DNA from: a virus
Taxonomy: Duplodnaviria > Caudoviricetes
IMG/VR virus record: IMGVR_UViG_3300047160_007353
Location: 11,335-75,334 of that record
Direction: 5' to 3' (one strand)
Length of the DNA: 64,000 nt
Every line of letters starts with the position of its first letter. The stretch's first letter is position 1. This document shows positions 53,671-61,872 of this stretch, one piece after another. The notes below the pieces were generated by a model. The model had not been told where the DNA came from. It made no database searches and worked only from the letters and a program-made list of their open reading frames with translations. The position numbers and the translations under genes were made by a program.

Positions 53671-55459
53671 CGAGCCCGATCCGGCTCCTCTGAGCCAGGA
53701 ACAGTTAGAGGAGATGCTGCGCGCCCTCCAGCAGGAGGCCGTCGCCCACAGGCAGGAGGTCTCCGAGTGGGCCATCACGGAGCGCCAACAGCCAGACACT
53801 CCATTCTCCGAGGCCGAGGTCACCCAATTCCACCTACTATTGCATGAGAGAACACGACGCAAGAAGGAGGCACTGAGACTCTATGAGCCGCTCCCATACC
53901 AATCAGACTTCCACCGTTCGGATGCTCCCGAACGCTCGATACGGGCGGGAAACCGGGCTGGGAAGACACTTGCGGCGGCGGTTGAATTCGCCCGGGCTGT
54001 CACCGGGCAAGATCCTCATGGCAAATACCCTCGTTCGGGTCGAGCAATTATTGTCGGCAAGGACGAGAAGCACTGCGGAGAAGTGCTCTTCCGCAAGCTC
54101 TTCCGGCCCGGCGGATTCAAGGTCATCAGGGACGAGGTCACCCGCCAGTGGCGAAGTTACGACCCCAACACCGACGAGCCCAGACGCAAGGAACGACGAA
54201 ACGCCCCTCCCCTGATCCCTTCTCGCTTCTATTCCCAGGGCGACATCGCATGGGGAAAGAAGCGGGAGGAGATCCCTCGCAAGATCGTTCTCAATGCGGG
54301 GACCGACACCGAGTGGGAGATTTACTTCTTCTCCAGCCTTGGAGAAGCCCCTCAGGGATGGGACGTCGATATCGTCTGGTTCGATGAGGAGATCGAGCAT
54401 CCGAGCTGGTATGTCGAAATGGCCATGAGGCTCGTGGATCGATCGGAATACAATGAAGAAGAACAGCGTTGGATCGGCGGCAAGTTTCTCTGGTCGGCTA
54501 CTCCGCAGGCGGGGACGCTCAGGCTATTTGAAATTCATAAGCGCGCTGCGGCTTGCCTCGGAGACCCCAAACCCCAAGTTACCGAACACTGGGCAACCAT
54601 CTTCGACAATCGCTACCTCGCAGAGAAGTCGAAGATGCAAGCCCTGGCCAAGCTAGGGGGAAATGAGGATGAGATCCGGGTCAGGATCTACGGCGAGTTC
54701 GCTCTTGCCGGCATGCGGATCTACGGCGAGTTCAACCAGCACGGACCCCATTGCTGTTCTTCGTTTTCTATCCCGTCTGACTGGTGTCGATACATCTCGA
54801 TCGACCCTGGCCGACAGGTCTGCGCCGTTCTGTTTCTCGCAGTGCCCAAGCCGCTTCCTAGCGCTCACGAACACTTCGGGCACGTCTACATCTACGACGA
54901 ACTCTATCTGAAGCGATGCACGGCCGAGATTCTGGCCGATCACCTCTGGCTGAAGCTCCAGGAACACACGGTCTACGAAGCGATCATAGACACCCATGAG
55001 TCGAGGAAGCATGAGACTGCTTCCGGCATAACCGTGGACGAGCAGTACCGCCGGGCGATGGAAAAGAAGGGGATCAGGTTCGAGGCCACGAACTCTGTGA
55101 CCTTCACGGCCGGCAGCGACGATGTTCAGTCGCGTATCTTGGCAGTCAAATCCGGCCTTCGCATCGAGGAAGGGCGCTCTGTCCGCTGGGTCGTCTTCCG
55201 GGACAAGTGCCCAAACTTTGTCTGGGAAGCAGAGAATTACTGCAACAAGAAGGATGTCAAGCACGGGATCGTCACGGATGAACCATTGAAACTTCACGAT
55301 CACCTCATGGATGCGTGGGCCATGGCGGCCGCGCACGGCCTTCCCTACCGAAGACCAAAGGCCAAGGTCAGGAAGCCCTACGCCTTTGAGTACCTTGAAG
55401 AGAAGAAGCGTAAGAGACGCGACCGCTCAGGGTACGGAAATTCGATCAAGGTAGGTTAA
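53570..55459 (+). CDS. terL: terminase large subunit
   Basis: RAGNRAGKT (Walker A), VWFDEE (Walker B), SIDPG and DHLMDA nuclease motifs; start uncertain. Confidence 0.9.
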   Translation: MSSSRGPLGSKESGWSRGPSKPGPSRPRKKKGTNEPDPAPLSQEQLEEMLRALQQEAVAHRQEVSEWAITERQQPDTPFSEAEVTQFHLLLHERTRRKKEALRLYEPLPYQSDFHRSDAPERSIRAGNRAGKTLAAAVEFARAVTGQDPHGKYPRSGRAIIVGKDEKHCGEVLFRKLFRPGGFKVIRDEVTRQWRSYDPNTDEPRRKERRNAPPLIPSRFYSQGDIAWGKKREEIPRKIVLNAGTDTEWEIYFFSSLGEAPQGWDVDIVWFDEEIEHPSWYVEMAMRLVDRSEYNEEEQRWIGGKFLWSATPQAGTLRLFEIHKRAAACLGDPKPQVTEHWATIFDNRYLAEKSKMQALAKLGGNEDEIRVRIYGEFALAGMRIYGEFNQHGPHCCSSFSIPSDWCRYISIDPGRQVCAVLFLAVPKPLPSAHEHFGHVYIYDELYLKRCTAEILADHLWLKLQEHTVYEAIIDTHESRKHETASGITVDEQYRRAMEKKGIRFEATNSVTFTAGSDDVQSRILAVKSGLRIEEGRSVRWVVFRDKCPNFVWEAENYCNKKDVKHGIVTDEPLKLHDHLMDAWAMAAAHGLPYRRPKAKVRKPYAFEYLEEKKRKRRDRSGYGNSIKVG

Positions 55460-55469
55460 GGGAAGGCCC

Positions 55470-55742
55470 ATGTCAACCGCTCAGAGCATGCCCCAGGTTG
55501 GGCCTCCTCCAGCGCCCGACAAACCACTTCTCGTTGTTTCCCGCAGTACAGGCATGAAGGCGCTGGCCGTCCTGGCCGTCGCCGCCGTCGGTATTACCGG
55601 CTTTCACTTCGGAATGGCCGAAGGAAGGAAGTCGGGCCGTCCAGTCTGCAAGTGCGACTGCAAGCCATGCCGCAAAACCGGAGAGTCTGTTGATGTTCTC
55701 GATGCCTCGTCCAAGCCTGGGACCGGTGGTCTGGTACGCTGA
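55470..55742 (+). CDS. small membrane protein with Cys cluster
   Basis: ALAVLAVAAVGITGF; CKCDCKPC. Confidence 0.35.
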   Translation: MSTAQSMPQVGPPPAPDKPLLVVSRSTGMKALAVLAVAAVGITGFHFGMAEGRKSGRPVCKCDCKPCRKTGESVDVLDASSKPGTGGLVR

Positions 55743-56010
55743 CGCCACCCCCGGCAAGGATTCCGTACCCGCGCCCGCAATGGTCACCGCCATCGGTGAG
55801 CGATCGGTCTCCCTGACCATCTTCGCCCCTGACAACCGTGGCGGCATTCCCAAGGACGGCGTGCGCCACTGTTCCGACCCGGACAACCGCATGCACCCGG
55901 GCTACGACGGCGGCTCCTGGGACTTCCTGCCCTCCGAGATCGCGATTGTTGGCAGACTCATGGCCCTCGAGGCAGAGATCGCCGAACTCCAGAACAGCAT
56001 CACCCGCTGA
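55690..56010 (+). CDS. hypothetical phage protein
   Basis: VVWY...PAMVTAIG...VSLTIF pattern; stop codon is the first TGA of palindrome copy 8. Confidence 0.55.
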   Translation: MMFSMPRPSLGPVVWYADATPGKDSVPAPAMVTAIGERSVSLTIFAPDNRGGIPKDGVRHCSDPDNRMHPGYDGGSWDFLPSEIAIVGRLMALEAEIAELQNSITR

Positions 56011-56030
56011 AGCCTCAAATTGAGGTTTCA
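56008..56030. repeat. 23-bp dispersed palindrome, copy 8
   Basis: TGAAGCCTC AAATT GAGGTTTCA upstream of the portal gene. Confidence 0.9.
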
Positions 56031-56059
56031 GCGATTTCGAGATAGCAGCAGGAATCTAA

Positions 56060-58030
56060 ATGGCCGGTTTCGAGCGTTATGCTGAGGCGGAAATCGACCC
56101 GGTCTTGCGGTCCGTCTGCTATCAGTGGACGCAGAAGATCCGCCAGGCGGCCAATTTCAAAAGGGAAACCTTTGGCCGCTACGCCGAGGAGTGCGCCAAC
56201 TTCTATAACGGCCCTCGCTCATGGGATGAGCTGATGATGGGCGGCATGGACTTCGGCATCGACGGCACGGGTGTTGATAGCAACTATCCGGAACCTGACT
56301 TCAAAGTCAACGTTAATAAAGCATTTGAATTCGTTACGATCTTCGGGCCGGCCTTGTATTACGAGAACCCGGTCCGGACGGTCAAGCCGAGGATGCCGGT
56401 CCAGATCCCCTGGGACTTCTTCCCGGACCCCATGACCTGGCAGATGCTCATGCAGGAGGAGCAGATCCGGGTCCGGACCGACGGCTTGCGATCCGTGCTC
56501 CTTGAGACCTACCTGAACTGGACGCCCCTGGAGTTCATGCTCCAGAGGGAATCCCGGTCCGCGATCGACGAGGCCCTCATTAAAGGCAGGGGTTGCCTGT
56601 GGACGGAGCTTTACAAGCCGCCGGGATCAAACTTCAGGGTGGTTCGATCCAAGTGGGAGTCGGTAGACGATCTCGTTATCGACCCCGATGCTACGTCACT
56701 TTCCAATGCTACGTGGATAGCGCGCCGCCGGTGTTTACCGTCGTGGCAGATCGAACGGGACTATGGACTCAGACGTGGCTCGATCCGGGGGAACTTGGAG
56801 TCGCAGGCTACGCAGTCCTTTTCAATGAATTCGTCCGAAATCCAGTACGACAGGAAGCGTGGTCTTACCAATGACCTCCTGATCTTCTGGCAGATCTGGT
56901 CCAAGATGGGCCTTGGCGGTCGGCTCTGGAACCAGCAGCCGAGCATCCGGGCGGCCACCGAGCCTTTCGGCGATTACTGCTACATGGTGGTTGCGGAGAC
57001 GATTCCCTTCCCTTTGAACTGCCCCCCGGACGTGTACAATGATCCTGGTTTTGGCTCTGATCCTCGTGCTATCTTTTCACGATTTGCTTGGCCAACTCCA
57101 TTCTGGTCCAAGGACCGGTGGCCGGTAGCCTGCCTCGATTTCCACCAGCAGCACAATTGCCCCTGGCCTCTCCAGCACCTCAAGGCCGGCATGGGCGAGC
57201 TAAAGTTCTTGAATTGGGTGGCCTCCTTCCTACTCGGTCACGCCCGATCCTCCCTCCGAGACTTCCTTGTCGTCCGCAAGTCGATCTCCGAGGAGATGAA
57301 ACAGGCGTTGCTCCAAGGCAAGGACCTTGCCCTCCTCGAACTCGAAGCGGCACACGGAACGATTACCGACCTGGTCGGCTTCCTCCAGCATCCCCAGATC
57401 AACGGCGATGCCTGGAAACTGATCGAGTACGTGGAGAACCTGTTCGACAAGCGGGTGGGCCTCACAGAGCTGATGTACGGCGACTCAGGCGCCACCCAGA
57501 TCCGCTCGGCCGAAGAGGTCAAGTCTCGCAACCAGAACATGAACGTCCGTCCAGCGGACATGGGGAAGCAAGTTGAGGACTGGATGTCTGAAGTCGCCCA
57601 AAACGAAAGCCTCGCGGCGCGCTACCATCTTCGGGGAGAAGACGTCCTTCCTCTTGTCGGCGGTCCTGGTGCTTTCTGTTGGGACGCTTATGTGGCTACT
57701 CTCGATCTTGTTGAGGCCGCTCGTCAGCTTGAGTACCGCATCGAGTCGGGTAGTACGCGACGTCCTAACAAGGAGTTCGAGTCGCGAACCATGACCGAGC
57801 TGGCCCAGATGCTCATTCCTGTCCTGAAGGAATACGCACAGGCAACCGGGGATCTCGGTCCCATCAACAACCTGATCGCGGACGTCGCCAAGTCCCGATC
57901 CCTCGATCCCAATCGATTCATGCTCCGGGGCCTGCCCTCACCACCGGCTCAACCCGGAGCCAGCGGGCAGCCCGACCCCGGCGGCACACAAGAACCGCAG
58001 CCCGAAGACGCAACCGGAGTTGAGCCTTGA
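56060..58030 (+). CDS. portal protein
   Basis: 656 aa downstream of TerL; DLVIDPDA, VGLTELMYG...TQIRSAEEV; P22/podovirus-like size. Confidence 0.75.
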   Translation: MAGFERYAEAEIDPVLRSVCYQWTQKIRQAANFKRETFGRYAEECANFYNGPRSWDELMMGGMDFGIDGTGVDSNYPEPDFKVNVNKAFEFVTIFGPALYYENPVRTVKPRMPVQIPWDFFPDPMTWQMLMQEEQIRVRTDGLRSVLLETYLNWTPLEFMLQRESRSAIDEALIKGRGCLWTELYKPPGSNFRVVRSKWESVDDLVIDPDATSLSNATWIARRRCLPSWQIERDYGLRRGSIRGNLESQATQSFSMNSSEIQYDRKRGLTNDLLIFWQIWSKMGLGGRLWNQQPSIRAATEPFGDYCYMVVAETIPFPLNCPPDVYNDPGFGSDPRAIFSRFAWPTPFWSKDRWPVACLDFHQQHNCPWPLQHLKAGMGELKFLNWVASFLLGHARSSLRDFLVVRKSISEEMKQALLQGKDLALLELEAAHGTITDLVGFLQHPQINGDAWKLIEYVENLFDKRVGLTELMYGDSGATQIRSAEEVKSRNQNMNVRPADMGKQVEDWMSEVAQNESLAARYHLRGEDVLPLVGGPGAFCWDAYVATLDLVEAARQLEYRIESGSTRRPNKEFESRTMTELAQMLIPVLKEYAQATGDLGPINNLIADVAKSRSLDPNRFMLRGLPSPPAQPGASGQPDPGGTQEPQPEDATGVEP

Positions 58031-58593
58031 CCAGCGAACAGAGCGACCGTTACTTCCTGATGCGGCACCAGGGCGAGAGCCACAACATGGCGCTCATGCT
58101 GGCGACGAACTCCTTCCCGGGCGTGAGGGGCACGGACTCGGTATTCATGGCGGGCTCTCACTGCCAGGACAGCCCCCTCGATCGTATGCGGGAAGAGGCA
58201 GCCAAGGCCCAGGGAGTGGACACCAACGGGAAGCGGTACATCTCCGGCCTCGCCCGTTTCTCCAACGACCCCGAAGCGTGGGTTTCGGGTCTTGGCGACG
58301 TAAAACGAATCTGCGAGGAGCGTGGCTGGAACTGCCATGGCGCCATTGACGTCGAGGCCCCCGAAGCCACCGGCGACCCCTGGGACGGCGAATACCAGGC
58401 GGCTCCTGACCTCATTGAGGATCACGTCGAAAGGCGGCTTGGCCGCTACGACGAACGCCAGCTCAACGACTCCCTGATCGGCGACATCCGCCACGACGTG
58501 GTCCAGGAGCTTTCCGGCCATGTCAACCTCAGCCCTGGCGAGAGGGTTTCAGACTACGAAGACCCCTTCACGCTCCCCGGCATGGAGGAGTAA
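58027..58593 (+). CDS. hypothetical virion-associated protein
   Basis: TTGA-coupled to the portal gene. Confidence 0.55.
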   Translation: MTSEQSDRYFLMRHQGESHNMALMLATNSFPGVRGTDSVFMAGSHCQDSPLDRMREEAAKAQGVDTNGKRYISGLARFSNDPEAWVSGLGDVKRICEERGWNCHGAIDVEAPEATGDPWDGEYQAAPDLIEDHVERRLGRYDERQLNDSLIGDIRHDVVQELSGHVNLSPGERVSDYEDPFTLPGMEE

Positions 58594-59765
58594 TGTTTCT
58601 CACCTTCCAGGACTCCGTCTACTCCCTGCTCGACTACCTGGGTGCGCAGCCCGGGGACGTGGTTCTGCGCGACGCGAAGAAGGCATGTATCGAGGCCCTC
58701 CGTGATCTCATCCAGTCCCATACATGGACCTACCTGTACACCCATGGTCGAATCATCACAACCGAATCTTTCAGCGACGGACTTATCACGTTTGCTCAGC
58801 TCAGTGGACTTCCCCCAAATACCACTAGCGACGTGGTTACGCTTACTGGCGGCACTTGGCCGAGCTGGTCAGGAAGCGGCCTCTTGCGGTTTAACAACTA
58901 CAATTACGATGTCCTGCAACGGCTATCCGGAACTCAACTTCAGCTTCGATCCGACCAAGCACCAACATCTGACGTTACAGATCCAATACCCTATGGTCTC
59001 TTTAGAGACTATTACTCCCTACCTAACGACTTCGCCGCCCAAGACGTCACCTTCATCCCCCTGAACTTCGGCGGCCTGGAGTATTGCCACCCCCGCGAGT
59101 GGCTGATGCAGACGGCGGACTGGGGCGTTCTTGGAACCCCCGAAGTCTTCACGATCATGGCGGACCCGAGCAGGCCACACGGGCTCTGTATCAAGCTGGC
59201 CCCGCTCCCCACGTTCCAGATCACGATCGAGTTCATTTATAAGCGGCACTCCCACGGCCTGAACGTCTTCAGCGAGACTGCCGGCTCCATCGTGACTGCC
59301 GCCAACTCCAACGTGATCGTCGGCACCGGAACGAACTTCACGAGCCAAATGGCCAACACGACCTGCATCCGGATCAGCGGCAACAACAAGCCGCCGACTC
59401 CCGAGTGGGGCAACAACCCTGCGGTCTTCGAGAGCAAGGTTACCTTCGTTGATCCGGTCAACCAGGTTCTCTCGACGTTCGACAACGTGCCGGCGGCCTA
59501 CGCCAATGCCCCGTTCGTGATCTCGAACTACATCGACATCGAAACCGGCGCAATGATGCAGGCATACTTGCGATGCTGCGAGATGCACATCTCCATGAAC
59601 CGCATATTGAAAGACAAGCCAAGTGCCAAGCAGCAATACGCGATGGCGCTTGAGGTAGCCAAATGTGCGGACTCCCGAAACATGATGCAAAGAAACGCCG
59701 GCCCTCCCCTTATGGTTCGCCGCCGGCTCAGCGATTACCCAATTGACTTGACGAGGGTTCAATAA
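58593..59765 (+). CDS. putative head-tail adaptor / tail tubular protein
   Basis: Position after the portal; helical N- and C-terminal segments flanking beta-rich inserts. Confidence 0.55.
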   Translation: MFLTFQDSVYSLLDYLGAQPGDVVLRDAKKACIEALRDLIQSHTWTYLYTHGRIITTESFSDGLITFAQLSGLPPNTTSDVVTLTGGTWPSWSGSGLLRFNNYNYDVLQRLSGTQLQLRSDQAPTSDVTDPIPYGLFRDYYSLPNDFAAQDVTFIPLNFGGLEYCHPREWLMQTADWGVLGTPEVFTIMADPSRPHGLCIKLAPLPTFQITIEFIYKRHSHGLNVFSETAGSIVTAANSNVIVGTGTNFTSQMANTTCIRISGNNKPPTPEWGNNPAVFESKVTFVDPVNQVLSTFDNVPAAYANAPFVISNYIDIETGAMMQAYLRCCEMHISMNRILKDKPSAKQQYAMALEVAKCADSRNMMQRNAGPPLMVRRRLSDYPIDLTRVQ

Positions 59766-60439
59766 TGGCTCTTTCATATCGAACATCGGCGATTCTGGCT
59801 CAGGCGATTGCCGACCCGCAGGCCGCCGCCGACCTGGTTGCCGTGATCAACAGTGACGTTCCCGGAACGGCTGGCACCGTCACCTCGATCGTAGCCGGCT
59901 CCGGCCTTTCTGGCGGCACGATCACCACCTCCGGAACGATCGCCGTTTCGCTGACCGGCGACGGCACGGTAACAGCCGGAGCCCTCACGGTCACCAAGAC
60001 CAGCGGAGTCGCCTTTGCCGCTTCCGCAACGACAGACACCACGGTCGCAACCAACATCTCCTCGGGTACTCTTTCCGCTGCGCGCCTTCCGACGACGGGC
60101 CTCACGATCACCCAGTTTGCAGGCGTCATCGGCACCGGCTCCATCGTCACCGGGACAGCCACCTTCGACCTGTCCACTCACAACTGGTACACCCTCACTC
60201 TCGATCACACCCAGACCGTGACGCTGGCCCTGTCCAACGCCACCACTGGACAGCAGTTCACTCTCGCTCTGGTTCAGGACGCGACCGGAACGAACCTCGT
60301 GACCTGGTTCTCAGGAATCAAGTGGGCCGGCGGCACGGCACCCACACTCACCACGACTGCCAGCAAAGCCGACGTGTTCACCTTCAAGTGCATCGGGACC
60401 GGCTCCTACTACGGGTTCATCGTTGGTCAAAACCTCTAA
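59765..60439 (+). CDS. putative tail fibre/structural protein
   Basis: T/G/S/A-rich; C-terminal W...IKWAGGTAPTLT...DVFTF module. Confidence 0.55.
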   Translation: MALSYRTSAILAQAIADPQAAADLVAVINSDVPGTAGTVTSIVAGSGLSGGTITTSGTIAVSLTGDGTVTAGALTVTKTSGVAFAASATTDTTVATNISSGTLSAARLPTTGLTITQFAGVIGTGSIVTGTATFDLSTHNWYTLTLDHTQTVTLALSNATTGQQFTLALVQDATGTNLVTWFSGIKWAGGTAPTLTTTASKADVFTFKCIGTGSYYGFIVGQNL

Positions 60440-61629
60440 TGGCTTTCACGATAGCCTCGAACGTCGGCTCGTCGATGTCCGCCGCCACCGGCCGCAGCAT
60501 GCAGGGGCACCTCTGCTACGCGGCCAACCAGGGCGCGTGGTGGTTCTTCTACCTTAGCGGAACCAACCAACTATCGGCCGTCTACTCCACCAACAATGGA
60601 GCAAGCTGGACGGCCCCTTCTGGCAGCCCGTTCACCCTGGCCTTCAACCACAACTCAGAAGGCCGAAACTTCGGGTTCTCCTACGCTAACATCGGAAGCA
60701 CGGACATACTCCACATGCTGGCTTCCTATGACGTCACCGGCACCGGCGTCCAGACGGCAGCTCGGTTCACTCTCGGGTCGACCTGGACCAACACCAACGC
60801 CGAGGCCCGACTGGACTCGTCTAGCGCGACCATCAATGCGTACACGGGGAACGCCACTTGGCTCGACAGCAACCATCGCCCATGGGCCGCCGCCCTGAAC
60901 ATCGACGGCAACGGCACCATGCATGTGACTTCGGCAGCGAACACAGACTCCGGTTCGTCCTGGTCAGGATACGGCGCTTTTGCGAGCGACATGGACTACA
61001 TCCTGTTCACCGGCTCAAACGACATGACGTCAGCATTTGGGTGCTCGCTCGGTTCCGGAACGAGCTTCGGCGTAACCGACAACGCTTCGGCAACCGGCAG
61101 CTTTACAAACCTTGGCAGCTCTACCGGAAGCGCCACACACGGAACCTGGGAAGCCGGCACCCAGGTCCTCTCAAGCAATGTCACTTCGACATCAACGCAG
61201 AACTGGGGGGCGATCCCCCTTTCGACCTCGGATGTCCACCTGGTTTCTCTCTCGGACAACACTAGCGCTTACGTCCACCGCCGGTTCAACGGTACCTCGT
61301 GGGCCAACGGAGACTCGATTGGCAGCCTGACCTACGGGACGAACAGCGGCATCTCGCTGATCTCCGACGGCACCTCCGTCTGGCAAGCAGCGATCGACTC
61401 CAGCAAGAACATCAAGTACAGCAAGTGGGTATCCGGCACAGGATGGGGTTCCTGGACAACCCAAGAGGCGGCCCGCACGAACACCCCGGCGTACATTACG
61501 GGGGCCTACTCAGCAAACGGGATCATGTGGGTATGGACCGAATCTACTGGGACCAACTACAACCTGGTTGGTTCTTTCCTGAGCTTCCTGCCGGCGGGCG
61601 GAGGAGCTGGCCTACTTGCGGGGATATAG
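60439..61629 (+). CDS. putative tail appendage / beta-propeller-like protein
   Basis: TAATG overlap; W/S/T/G-rich repeats (STNNGASW, FNGTSW). Confidence 0.5.
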   Translation: MAFTIASNVGSSMSAATGRSMQGHLCYAANQGAWWFFYLSGTNQLSAVYSTNNGASWTAPSGSPFTLAFNHNSEGRNFGFSYANIGSTDILHMLASYDVTGTGVQTAARFTLGSTWTNTNAEARLDSSSATINAYTGNATWLDSNHRPWAAALNIDGNGTMHVTSAANTDSGSSWSGYGAFASDMDYILFTGSNDMTSAFGCSLGSGTSFGVTDNASATGSFTNLGSSTGSATHGTWEAGTQVLSSNVTSTSTQNWGAIPLSTSDVHLVSLSDNTSAYVHRRFNGTSWANGDSIGSLTYGTNSGISLISDGTSVWQAAIDSSKNIKYSKWVSGTGWGSWTTQEAARTNTPAYITGAYSANGIMWVWTESTGTNYNLVGSFLSFLPAGGGAGLLAGI

Positions 61630-61635
61630 TCAAAG

Positions 61636-61842
61636 ATGCCACGCGAGCAGTACGTCAGCAACCAGGACCCAAAGCGAGCCGACTCCCAGGTTGTGGTGAG
61701 CCAGTTCCTTGGCATGGCTCCGACCCAGTCTCCTCATGACATGGAGCCTGGTTTCTCAGCATTCCAGATTAACTGTTACGCAGTTCATCCGGGCGAACTT
61801 CGCTGCCGCCAGGGCATCAAGCAGGTCACGTTTTCCACATAA
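61636..61842 (+). CDS. small hypothetical protein
   Basis: 68-aa ORF in the tail region. Confidence 0.4.
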   Translation: MPREQYVSNQDPKRADSQVVVSQFLGMAPTQSPHDMEPGFSAFQINCYAVHPGELRCRQGIKQVTFST

Positions 61843-61872
61843 TATGCATAACCTGCATAATCGCGATGCATA

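Noticed and set aside
2253-56030. Palindromes as CRISPR repeats or integron attC sites
   Set aside because: Copies are kilobases apart, with no spacer array, cas genes or integron integrase. They lack attC RYYYAAC/GTTRRRY ends and do not bound single-gene cassettes.
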